In this document: piece by piece, positions 1-9,407 of the stretch
Layout: each line of letters begins with the position of its first letter
Numbering within the stretch: the first letter of the stretch is position 1
Assembly: GCA_004431415.1 (NCBI GenBank)
Contig: QPMI01000516.1
Location: 1-64,000 of the forward strand
Origin: Cyanophora paradoxa CCMP329
Lineage: Eukaryota; Plantae; Glaucophyta
Reading direction: 5' to 3'
DNA length: 64,000 bases
Program-made: the position numbers and the translations under genes
The notes under the pieces: model-generated
Told to the model about the DNA's origin: nothing
Databases searched by the model: none
What the model saw: only the letters and a program-made list of their open reading frames with translations

Positions 1-186
1 TATAGGAGTTATATATCCCCCCTAACCCCCCTAACCCCCCCACATGTATACATTATTACCATTTCTGGTCATAAAACAACCAGAAAGTAAAAAATGAAGG
101 TCCCCCAGAAGGTCCCCCAGACGTCTTGAACCCCCCCCAAAAACCTATCATGAGCCCCCCTAATCCTCCTCCTTTTCCAAGTGGTA

Positions 187-482
187 GGGATGGAGAGAGG
201 GGGATGGGGGGATAGGGGGATGGAGGGATGGGAAACCCATCCCCTTGAACTCGATTAGAAAATTTCAAAAAACAAAAACAAAATTATTTTTCTGAGAAAA
301 GTCCCATCCCCCTGACTGACTCCCATCCCCTACCCATCCCCCTGACTGGCTATGGTCACAAAATCAGCCACCTCCTTCCTTTTTTCCCATCCCCCTACCC
401 ATCCCCCTCCCATCCCCTCCCATCCCCCTACCCATCCCCTCAAACCACTCCTTACCAGACAGTCCCATCCCCTTCCATCCCC
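187..482. repeat. Opposed arrays of GGGATGG / CCATCCCC around palindrome GGGATGGG-AAA-CCCATCCC (225-243)
   Basis: GGGATGG at ~187, 202, 217 and 225; about ten CCATCCCC copies from 304 to 482. Confidence 0.85.
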
Positions 483-542
483 TGACTATTCAAGATATCT
501 CTTTATAGATAAATGGAAAAAATGAGTAGAAGGAGGGCAGTC

Positions 543-3002
543 TTAATCATCTTGAATCAGAATATTCTCTTCCTCTTTGATGCTATCATCATCTTCCAGC
601 TTACATTTCTTGAAGGCAGACATCATATCCTCCCATTTGAAATGATAGTAATTGATGCCTTGGCACTTTTTCACCTCAATAAAGGCTGTATTCCTCATCT
701 CAATATAGAACTTCTTTTGATTCATCTCACACTTGAATTTGGCCTTCTCCTGAAACTCTGCCCACCAAGTCCAAGCACTGATCAGATTTTGTGTCTTACA
801 TTTCTCCTTGGTGACCTTTCCATTGGCTGTTAGCCAGTAGGCAAAGTATTCAATAGGTGAAAGTGTTGCCTGTTGAGCAAGGAAATATTTGGCACTCAAT
901 GGCCTCTCTTTATCCCAATCCACATTGCTGATGTCCACCTGTTTCAGGAACCTGACAATCATGTGGATGTTGTCAGTATTGTCAAGCCAAGCATGAAGTG
1001 GCTTGAAGTACTCAGCATCTCTTTGGTGTTTTGTGCTGCTTTCAAAGAAGGCAAATCGCCTATCTCCAGACTCCACCTTCACAGGATATTACTATTTGTT
1101 GTGAAAACGAAGTGGACACAATTGGGGCTTGTGTAGCTGTCAATGCCTTTGTGTTCAATGGTGATCTTATCATTTGTTATATAATCCTTAAGCTTTCGCT
1201 GTACTCATAGTTATCCTTTGCTTTGGCCTCATTCAATGTCACCATAATTTTATGCTCTTTGTTGTGTGAGAATCTGGAAAATAGGTCATTCTCTCCATCA
1301 CATGTGGAGAAGGCCAATTTGTTGCCCAACACCTTTTTCTCAAAAATGTCCAGCAGTGTATTTTTTCCTGTGCCTTGGACACCCATGAAAACCAAGGCAA
1401 CCCCAATCTTTTCCCCAGGCCTCTGGAGCATATGAGCAAACCATTTCAAGGCATACTCTGTAGCTTTCTCATTCTCCCCACACATTAAACTCAAATGTTT
1501 CAGGAAAGGGCTGATCATCTCATCAGTGATCACATCAGGAATATCACCACATGGAGCATAATCGATTGCCATTCCCTGATAGAGGTTGAAGACACTGGCT
1601 GTTTTACATGGGAGCTTGGCAGGAGGTGGAAGGAACTCCACAAACTCATATCTGGTACTATCTCCATCCTCTATCCACTTCTTGAAGGTACTCTTATATT
1701 TACCATCCCCAGCATCATACTGGATGTGTGGGAAAGTCCCTTTCTTCACTTTTTCAATGTCATGAGGAATCCAAGATTTTTCTTTGTCATTCCACATAAA
1801 CACACACTTTTTATCAGTACAATGGATACACCTGGCATCCAAGTATCGTTTTTGTACCTCATATATATCCCTTGCTGGGATTGGATCCAGTTTGTAGTTG
1901 ACCTTTCCATTTTCTTCCCCCTCCTCATCATCCAAGAATAAGAATCCTGATACTTGGGGTGCTGAAAACATGACCTTGTAAAGTTCTGGATTATCCTGCT
2001 TCAGCCAGGTCCTGAGTGAACCCATTGTGATTTTGCTCCCCTTTCTCTTGCTGTTCCAGATGCTCTCAAAATCTTTGTCAGCCCCATCTTCATCATACTT
2101 GTCCAAGCATTTAGAGCTGAAGTCATGCCACAGTTCTCTGGCCTGTTTCTTTGGGATTTCCATGTCTTTGCTAACATTACAGATGGCATAGCCAACATTG
2201 ACCCATGCCTTTCTATCATCAGCGCGTTTTCCATCCAACCCCATAACAGCCTTTCTAAGAATGTCAAAGCCAGATAAGGTGGGGTTTGATGCCACTATAG
2301 GAGCCTTGAATGGAACAGCCTTGCCCCCCTCCTGAATTTGAAGTAGCTGCGCCCCAGCTTCATAGAACTGGACAAAGTAGTGTTTATAGGGACTCCTTGA
2401 AGGCAGTACATTGCTGGTTTGAAGACCACATCAATATCAACATCATGCTTTTTGGTCCTTTTGTCAAGCCCAGTATCCTTACAATTGTAGATACAGACAA
2501 TATTTTGTGTGGAACTGTATGGCTGAGGATCATAATCATCCCCTCTAACCAGCCCCCAAGAATCAAGTAGCTTTGGGATATCTTCATGCTTCATAACCAG
2601 ATCTGCCCAAATAAAATGGGCAGATTGCTTGAATTTAACCTCTCCTGAATCAACAAGCTTTACCCTTCGATGCCTCACACTAACAGCAATTTTATCCAAG
2701 TCAACCCCTGACAAGGCAGCAAGACGTTTGCGCAAATCCAATACAACTTGAGCAGCTTCTTTTTGGTTGATAGAAGCATCATTCTCGAGAGGGACAAGCC
2801 TGTCAAAGTCCAAATAAACCCTGGTCAGCTGTTCAGGGGTTAAATGCTCGACCCAGTGCTTCCCTTTTTGAATGATACAATTAGCCTCATCCCAGCTCAT
2901 GGAGATGATGCCAGACTTGTCAAAGTTTTGAAGCTGCTTCTTGAAAGTTGCCTCAGTGGGGGCACAAGTAATTTCGGTGGTGGTGAACATGGTGGATGTC
3001 AT
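543..3002 (-). CDS. AEP primase - PriCT-2 - SF3 (D5/DUF5906-like) helicase, split by three single-base frameshifts
   Basis: ORFs 2295-3002 (RVYLDFD and SAHF AEP motifs), 1177-2295 (WVNVGYA...W..FS PriCT-2; GVQGTGKN Walker A; TLNEA Walker B) and 543-1082 (GDRRF). They join if one base is restored at ~2385, ~1195 and ~1090. Confidence 0.85.
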
Positions 3003-3105
3003 TCTACAGTAGGGTGAGAAAATAATTTGATGATTCTATAAGGGCCCTTGTCCTTAAGTAGTTTATAGAATCATTAAATAAAACAATCAATTTTTCGCAA
3101 CCCCC

Positions 3106-3297
3106 TCAATACACCACTGTCCTTGGTCTGCCAACAAGGCACCTCCTTTCATCAAAGAGGTACCTCACACAGGGAAGGGGGTCACCTTTGTAGTATCTGC
3201 TCCTCAGACTATTAAGCTTCATTCTCTCACGGAAAGCAGGATCTTGAGCACGGCGACGAGTCACATAGGCAATTTGAGATGCCGCATGGTATGCCAT
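3106..3297 (-). CDS. Small basic hypothetical protein
   Basis: 63-aa Arg-rich ORF between the divergent helicase and polymerase genes. Confidence 0.45.
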   Translation of the reverse strand: MAYHAASQIAYVTRRRAQDPAFRERMKLNSLRSRYYKGDPLPCVRYLFDERRCLVGRPRTVVY

Positions 3298-3441
3298 TTT
3301 AATTCTTGTTCCTCTACACTATAGGTAAGATTTTATTCTTTAAATGCTGATTCTATTCGTTTTTTTAGCGCTGCGAATTGTCCACAATATAAACATTTAA
3401 AGATTATTTTCGTACCTAGATATAAGTACAACCCCCCAACC

Positions 3442-6400
3442 ATGCCCCGCCCCAGCCACTACCAAATTAAGGAGCTCCAGGACAAGATTCTCGGGAATCT
3501 GGCGTTCTTACTGGCCAATCACTCCATCAGTGAAAGTGAATATGAATCTTATATTAAACAGACCAACAAGAAGCTCAAGGGGCTTCAAGCTCTCAATCGA
3601 GAGCTATTAGGGAAAATCGAGACCCTTGATGAGACTGATCGCCTTGGCCAAATCCAAGTCGAACAAACTACCACAACTCAAGTCAGAGGAGATGAATACA
3701 CTACCTTAATAAATGAACATCGTGCTCTTAATAATAAATACATTGATTTTACCATCAGGGCTCACCACCAGATCCTGACCACTCAAGAGTTTATAGACAC
3801 CTACTCTGAGGAACTCCACACAAGGCTCCAAGATGCCATCAATTCACAGATGTCGATTAAAACTCGCTTTACGTTTGTCTGTCGCTTTTCAAAAGCAAAC
3901 AATTCGAGAGACTTTATTACCAAGCACATTTACAGCACCTATGCTATCATGACAAGATCTCGAACCCTCACTAAAGAAACTGCGAAATTGGCTAAGGAAT
4001 GCCAGTCGCAAATTAATGTCACAGACAGCTATAAACTCCAAAGCATTGAGGCTTTGAGAGTGATTGTTCTGTCCTTTAAACCCATCTCAGGAGGTGCTTT
4101 TATCCCACTCCCAGAGTGGCTCAAAAATAAACGAGCCATTGTCAATGTTAATAACAAGGACAATAGATGCTTTGAGTATGCTATCCTTTCTTATATTCAC
4201 AAGGACGAAGTAAATAGCCACAAGCGCAATGAGACTTCCCAATACAGGAGGTGGTTCAAAAAAGAACTAAATTTCGAGGGCATTGAGTTTCCTGTAAAGG
4301 CAGATGCTGATACTATTGATCTCTTTGAAAATCTCAATCCAGCAATCTCTGTTAATATTTACGACCCCTCTAACTCTACAGAAGAAATTAATCTACTCCA
4401 CAACAGCTCCTCAAGGAACAGGAAACACCAAGTGGATCTGCTGCTAATTACAGACGAAAATGGTAACAGTCATTATACCACAATATTCAGCATGTCCAGA
4501 GTCTTAGCTAAAAATGATAAGCAGCGACTCCATTTCTGTAAAACCTGTTCCAACCACTTCAAGACTGAGGAGAAGCTTCAATCCCACATTCAAAGCAAAC
4601 GTTGTGTGGATTGGAAGACAAGTGCTGGAGAGACCCCAAAACAACCCACATTCATTGAATTTGGTCTTAAACATCTCTCAAAGACTGTATTCCTCCCCGT
4701 GATTGCCTATTGCTATTTCGATTATGAAACAGATATTTCTGGTATGTTCAAGATCAAATCAATCTCACTGACAGCTCTTCATAATAATAGAGTAGTACTC
4801 ACTAAAACCCACTCCAACATCTTTGAGCTCCTGAGTACCCTCGACAGCACAGCCCCAGAGCTATTCAAAGCCCTATTTACCAACATCCCAATGTCACTGA
4901 CCAAAGAGCAGAAACGTACCCATTACCTTGCTAAAACCTGCTACATCTGCCAAGGTGATTTCACCCAAGACAATTATAAAGTGAGGGATCACGACCACCA
5001 AACTGGCGATTTTGTGGGCACAGCATGTCGCAAATGTAATCTCCACAGACGCACCAGCAATCTCACCAAGATTCCCATAGTGACCAATGATCTGTCCCTA
5101 TCTGGAACGCAGATATTCAAGGCAGTCGCCTTAAATCCCGAAAAAAGGGTGGACGTCCTTGCGAAATCATTTGACAACTACATGTCGATCACCTGGGGCT
5201 GTTTCAAATTCATTGACATCAAAAACTTTATTGATTATGGCGTCCAGAACGTGGAACAATTAATGGAAAAGTTCCAGCTTTTCCGCCAGAAATCACACAA
5301 AACTTTTGGGATGGATGCTGCCCACTATGTCTCAAGTCCAGGGCTTTCGTGGGACAGCATGCTATCGATTACCAAGCCCAAAATCGAACTCCTCTCCAAC
5401 CTTGATATGTACAACATGGTTGAAGGCATGATCAGGGGAGGCCTTTCGATTATGAATCATAAATATGCCAAAAAGGAAAGGGACAGCCACATTATATATT
5501 TAGATGCCAATAACCTATATGGTTATGCCCTGTCCCAAAAGCTTCCCCTCTCGAATTTCCAATGGTCCCCAGAACCCTCAAATTACGACCTGTCATCAGC
5601 AGAGGGGGCCATCTTAGAAGTTGACATCCATTATCCCCAGCACCTCCATCAACTCCACAAAGAACTGCCTCTTGTCATCAAGAGAACAGAGGATGGACTA
5701 CAAGCGGCCTGCGAAGACATATACAACTTTGTGGTGTCGAAACCTTTGCTCCAATTCATGGTAGCGCAAGGCTTAAAGGTCACCAAAATCCACAGGGTGC
5801 TAACATTTACTCAGGCTGCCTTTATGAAGCCTTACGTCGAATCCAATGCCCAAAACCGCAGAGCAGCCCCTTCCAAACCCGAAAAGGACTTCTTTAAAAT
5901 CATGAACAATAGCCTTTTCGGCAAAACCATTGAGAAAGTGAGAGGAAGGTCTAATGTCAAGATTGCCACCAACGAAAAGCAATTTATGAAATACGCCAGA
6001 TCGCCCCTACTCAAAGCAGAAACAAGACTAAGCGATTCAGCAGTAGCCTTCGAAATGCTACAGAAAAATGTCAAGTTAGATAAGCCCATAGCAATTGGGG
6101 CAGTTGTTTTAGATCTTGCCAAGCTGCGGCTATTTGATTATTATTATAACACCATCAAGCGGAAATGGCCAGACTGTAAACTGCTTTTTACTGATACAGA
6201 TTCGCTTTGCCTTCAAATAAATTCGAAAACTATAGCAAAAGACCTACAAGACATTGACACCCACCCCACAGAGCTTGGCAAGTTCAAAGATGAGTTTGAG
6301 GGCAGAACCATTATTGAATATGCTGGGGTAAGGCCGAAATGCTACAGCATTAAAACAGATGATGAGGAAATAAAAAAGCTGGCAGGTGTTTGTAAGGAGA

Positions 6401-6537
6401 CCATTCAAACAGATCTGTCTTTCCAAGATTATAAAGACCATGTGCTCCACCAAAAACCCAAGCAAATCGAAATGACTGTCCAAAAGAAGCTTGAAAATGA
6501 GACCTTCAATGTGAAGATGTCAAAGATTGCTTTCTAA
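3442..6537 (+). CDS. polB: Protein-primed family B DNA polymerase (Polinton type) with internal endonuclease-VII-like Zn finger
   Basis: YLDANNLYG, KIMNNSLFGK and FTDTDS polymerase motifs; CYIC...RDHDH..G...C..CN insert; Polinton-like N-terminal NKDNRCFEYAIL. Confidence 0.95.
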   Translation: MPRPSHYQIKELQDKILGNLAFLLANHSISESEYESYIKQTNKKLKGLQALNRELLGKIETLDETDRLGQIQVEQTTTTQVRGDEYTTLINEHRALNNKYIDFTIRAHHQILTTQEFIDTYSEELHTRLQDAINSQMSIKTRFTFVCRFSKANNSRDFITKHIYSTYAIMTRSRTLTKETAKLAKECQSQINVTDSYKLQSIEALRVIVLSFKPISGGAFIPLPEWLKNKRAIVNVNNKDNRCFEYAILSYIHKDEVNSHKRNETSQYRRWFKKELNFEGIEFPVKADADTIDLFENLNPAISVNIYDPSNSTEEINLLHNSSSRNRKHQVDLLLITDENGNSHYTTIFSMSRVLAKNDKQRLHFCKTCSNHFKTEEKLQSHIQSKRCVDWKTSAGETPKQPTFIEFGLKHLSKTVFLPVIAYCYFDYETDISGMFKIKSISLTALHNNRVVLTKTHSNIFELLSTLDSTAPELFKALFTNIPMSLTKEQKRTHYLAKTCYICQGDFTQDNYKVRDHDHQTGDFVGTACRKCNLHRRTSNLTKIPIVTNDLSLSGTQIFKAVALNPEKRVDVLAKSFDNYMSITWGCFKFIDIKNFIDYGVQNVEQLMEKFQLFRQKSHKTFGMDAAHYVSSPGLSWDSMLSITKPKIELLSNLDMYNMVEGMIRGGLSIMNHKYAKKERDSHIIYLDANNLYGYALSQKLPLSNFQWSPEPSNYDLSSAEGAILEVDIHYPQHLHQLHKELPLVIKRTEDGLQAACEDIYNFVVSKPLLQFMVAQGLKVTKIHRVLTFTQAAFMKPYVESNAQNRRAAPSKPEKDFFKIMNNSLFGKTIEKVRGRSNVKIATNEKQFMKYARSPLLKAETRLSDSAVAFEMLQKNVKLDKPIAIGAVVLDLAKLRLFDYYYNTIKRKWPDCKLLFTDTDSLCLQINSKTIAKDLQDIDTHPTELGKFKDEFEGRTIIEYAGVRPKCYSIKTDDEEIKKLAGVCKETIQTDLSFQDYKDHVLHQKPKQIEMTVQKKLENETFNVKMSKIAF

Positions 6538-6548
6538 TCCCAATATAG

Positions 6549-7919
6549 ATGTCATCAAAGATCACACGCAGACAAACAGAGTACGATGTGAGTATATTGC
6601 CAATCCCAATCCCTCAAGAGGAGAGAGGGGGTCGCATTCAGAAAAAGAGTGACCTCAAAGCTTTAGTTCCTGTGGATATCCCAACTGCCATTGCTGTGCC
6701 CCACTTGGATCCCTTAGCAAGGACATTCTATGACACCAAGGTAGGATTTAAAGGCCTTGCTTCATTGGCCAAAGAGCTTCCAGATGTGCCAAGAAAGACA
6801 ATCCGTAGATTCTATGATGCCCAAGAAATCAACCAGATAAATAAACCCCTCCCATCTGCCAAGAAGACTGCCTATATCCCAATAAGACAGCCACTCGACT
6901 GCTATGCCATAGACCTAATCTTTTATCCTTCGTACAGCAAACAGAATCAAGGCTACAACACATTCCTCACAGCTGTAGAAAACACCACCAGACTGGGCTT
7001 TATAATTCCCATGAGGGGAAAGACAGCAGAAAGCACATTGAACGCATTTAAGGAGCTTGAGCAACAAGTCCCTCGTCCAATTGTGAAGATACAAAGTGAT
7101 GCTGGGAGCGAATTCCTGAACAAGGTATTTAAAGACCATTTAGAAACCCAGATGATTGAGCACCAAGTTTCGCAGGTTGGAGATCACAATAGCCAAGGCC
7201 GAATAGAAGCCTTTAATCGCACAATAAAGAAGCTAATTAACTCGTATTGTATAGCGAATAATACTGTAAAGTTTTTCGACAAGCTCCAAGATTTTGCCTA
7301 CAACTACAATAATACCATCCACTCAGCAACGGGGATGAAACCAGCAGAGACCACAGAGGTACATGTTCCTCTAATACTCGGAAAAGAAAACGAGAAATTC
7401 ATGAAGTCAATTGAATATCTAAAAGACTATCCAGCAGGGAGCCACGTGAGAACTAAAATAGAGAAGAGCCCATTTGCCAAACAAGGGAATAATTGGAGCC
7501 GCGAAATATTCACAATAGAAGGAGTGGAGGGGTTCAAATTTAAACTAAGGGACATTTCTGGCAAACTAATAGATCGACTTTATGCCCACTACGAATTACA
7601 GAAAGTGGAAACCGTGGAGTTCTTGGAGGCGCCATCAATAAATGTCATTGAAGAGGCAAAGAAAGAGGCCAGAACAGAGCGACTTTTGGCCAGAGAGGGG
7701 ATTGAGAGGGCTCCAAATGTGCCGGATAAACCTTTATTGGAGGACAGAGCAGGGAAGAAGAAGAAACAAGGGAGAGAGTTGGAAAGATTGAGGGTGGCAG
7801 GGACAGAGAGATTAGCAGGGGGAGCAGAGGCAGTAAGGTGGTATAGAGATTTCTCAAATTCAAAGGAGACCTATGAAGCTCCAGCAATTTCCACGAGATC
7901 AAGGAGGAGGGCAGGATGA
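6549..7919 (+). CDS. Retroviral-like (RVE) DDE integrase, Polinton type
   Basis: YAIDL / IQSDAGSEF / GRIEAFNRTIK catalytic triad; YNNTIHSATGMKP; NWSREIFTI. Confidence 0.93.
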   Translation: MSSKITRRQTEYDVSILPIPIPQEERGGRIQKKSDLKALVPVDIPTAIAVPHLDPLARTFYDTKVGFKGLASLAKELPDVPRKTIRRFYDAQEINQINKPLPSAKKTAYIPIRQPLDCYAIDLIFYPSYSKQNQGYNTFLTAVENTTRLGFIIPMRGKTAESTLNAFKELEQQVPRPIVKIQSDAGSEFLNKVFKDHLETQMIEHQVSQVGDHNSQGRIEAFNRTIKKLINSYCIANNTVKFFDKLQDFAYNYNNTIHSATGMKPAETTEVHVPLILGKENEKFMKSIEYLKDYPAGSHVRTKIEKSPFAKQGNNWSREIFTIEGVEGFKFKLRDISGKLIDRLYAHYELQKVETVEFLEAPSINVIEEAKKEARTERLLAREGIERAPNVPDKPLLEDRAGKKKKQGRELERLRVAGTERLAGGAEAVRWYRDFSNSKETYEAPAISTRSRRRAG

Positions 7920-7966
7920 GACATCTGTTACACATTATTGTTTTTTCTTAGCTATTGGTATTCAAA

Positions 7967-8365
7967 ATGCTTGCCAAAGGTTACCATGTGATGCTTGATT
8001 TCCAATTCAGCCAACCAATCAGCGACCATGTGGAGCTCTCTAAATGGCTCATGAATGTCAGTGAAGACATCATCAAGAAATATGGAATACAGGTTGTCCA
8101 CAAACATGCTGAGATTTTTGATGGCACCAAATCACCCCCTGGATTTGCCCAAGTATTATTATTAGATGAAAGCCATTGCTCTGCTCATTGCTACAGTGAT
8201 CAAGGCATGTTAGCAATAGATATATTCAGCTGTGGAAAACAGGCAGAAAGGAATACAAGTTTAATTGCTTTTGAGCTGGAGGAGGAGATAAACAAATATG
8301 CTGTTGGATTTGGGGCAGTAATTAAAAAGAGATTACACCATGAGAAGAGGAGATTTGAGGTTTAA
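7967..8365 (+). CDS. speD: S-adenosylmethionine decarboxylase proenzyme (short prokaryotic type)
   Basis: GYHVMLDF start, LLDESHCSAH self-cleavage motif, AIDIFSCG. Confidence 0.88.
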   Translation: MLAKGYHVMLDFQFSQPISDHVELSKWLMNVSEDIIKKYGIQVVHKHAEIFDGTKSPPGFAQVLLLDESHCSAHCYSDQGMLAIDIFSCGKQAERNTSLIAFELEEEINKYAVGFGAVIKKRLHHEKRRFEV

Positions 8366-8371
8366 GAGAGG

Positions 8372-8480
8372 GGCAGGAGAGGCAAGAGAGGCAGGAGAGG
8401 CAGGAGGGTTATATGTAAAATCCCACACAAGAGGGGATTCCTTAGGAAAGTTTACAAATAACCCTCCTGCCTCTCCTGCC
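8372..8480. repeat. Four GGCAGGAGA-type 9-mers and a 30-bp inverted repeat (8390-8419 / 8451-8480) with two small hairpins in the loop
   Basis: Arms match with one mismatch; loop contains AATCCC..GGGATT and TTCC-TTA-GGAA. Confidence 0.9.
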
Positions 8481-8603
8481 TAATTGGTGCCGAATCCAAG
8501 CTTCTAATACCCCAGAGGCGGCCAACATACTGGTGCCAAAAAGACATGATTAATACCCTAAGACCTGAAATAAATGCTTACTACCCTAGTACCTGAAACG
8601 CGC

Positions 8604-8678
8604 ACACATAGGGATACCCCTGATCCAAGCCTGTAGGCCGAAGGCCGGAGGGCTTGGATCAGGGGTATCCCTATGTGT
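8604..8678. repeat. Perfect 28-bp inverted repeat at the left boundary of the GC-rich virus
   Basis: ACACATAGGGATACCCCTGATCCAAGCC (8604-8631) and its reverse complement (8651-8678); GGCC-GAA-GGCC in the loop. Confidence 0.95.
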
Positions 8679-9403
8679 TGCGTAACGCGTACATGGGGCC
8701 CACCCTCCGTCTGCGTCGCAGCGACGGAACGGAGACGGATTGGTTCGCAGACGGTGTAGGGTCCCTGAACTCTGCTTACGACAGACGTGGCACGGCCTAC
8801 GCCGCCTGGATCTCGGGGTATACAGCCGCGGTTGTAACACTATACGACCAGAGTGGAAGCAATCGAAATGCAACCCAAAGCGTGGAATCCAGGCAGCCGC
8901 AGTACTCAGGGGGCAGGGCGACCTTTGCATTCAACAATGGAACGTTCCTTGACGTACCCTACTCAGCGGCGCTGAATACGTCGACCTTTTCCTGTGTCTG
9001 TTCATGTCTCTACACAACCTCACAAGCGGAATACAGGTCCCCCCTCACCAACCGTGCATCTGGTGCTTCAAGGTATGGATACATGATCTATCGCACGCCT
9101 ACCTCAACTTGGCAGTACTGGGCGGCTATGCCCAGCAGTTGGAATCAACTCGGAACCACTGCTGCGGTCATCAATACAAAGTTCAAAATTGGGGTCGGGT
9201 ACAATGGGGCCTCGCATTCTATCACGATCAACGGCACAACGCAAACCGTGGCTGGTTCCTATGTCCAGAACTCTACGAATCCCTTCCGCATAGGAGCCAT
9301 ATCGGACGGCACTCCCGGGGGATTCTGGGACGGCTGGGTGGACGACATCATGTGCTTCAACGCGGCCATCGGGGATACGAACGCTGTCCACGCTCTCATG
9401 TAG
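8654..9403 (+). CDS. LamG/concanavalin A-like virion protein, apparently 5'-truncated
   Basis: LRNAYMGPTLRLRRSDG..LYDQSG.NRNATQ N-terminal module; FRIGA..FWDGWVDDIMCFN LamG C-terminus; annotated start is a TTG inside the hairpin arm. Confidence 0.7.
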   Translation: MDQGYPYVLRNAYMGPTLRLRRSDGTETDWFADGVGSLNSAYDRRGTAYAAWISGYTAAVVTLYDQSGSNRNATQSVESRQPQYSGGRATFAFNNGTFLDVPYSAALNTSTFSCVCSCLYTTSQAEYRSPLTNRASGASRYGYMIYRTPTSTWQYWAAMPSSWNQLGTTAAVINTKFKIGVGYNGASHSITINGTTQTVAGSYVQNSTNPFRIGAISDGTPGGFWDGWVDDIMCFNAAIGDTNAVHALM

Positions 9404-9407
9404 GCTG

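Larger units (their letters stand above)
1..8480. mobile_element. Capsid-less Polinton/Maverick-like element (primase-helicase, pPolB, integrase, SAM decarboxylase); left end may lie outside the window
   Basis: The pPolB plus RVE integrase pair is the Polinton hallmark. Intronless, compact and clearly AT-richer than the DNA after ~8.6 kb. No capsid or ATPase gene in this segment. Confidence 0.8.

Noticed and set aside
17-41. CCCCCCTAA repeats resembling a CCCTAA telomere
   Set aside because: Only two units, with six Cs, and embedded among other element repeats; not a telomeric array.
175-8480. Terminal inverted repeats or a target-site duplication for the Polinton-like element
   Set aside because: Left (CCATCCCC) and right (GGCAGGAGA) repeats are different sequences; no TIR or TSD was found by eye within the window.
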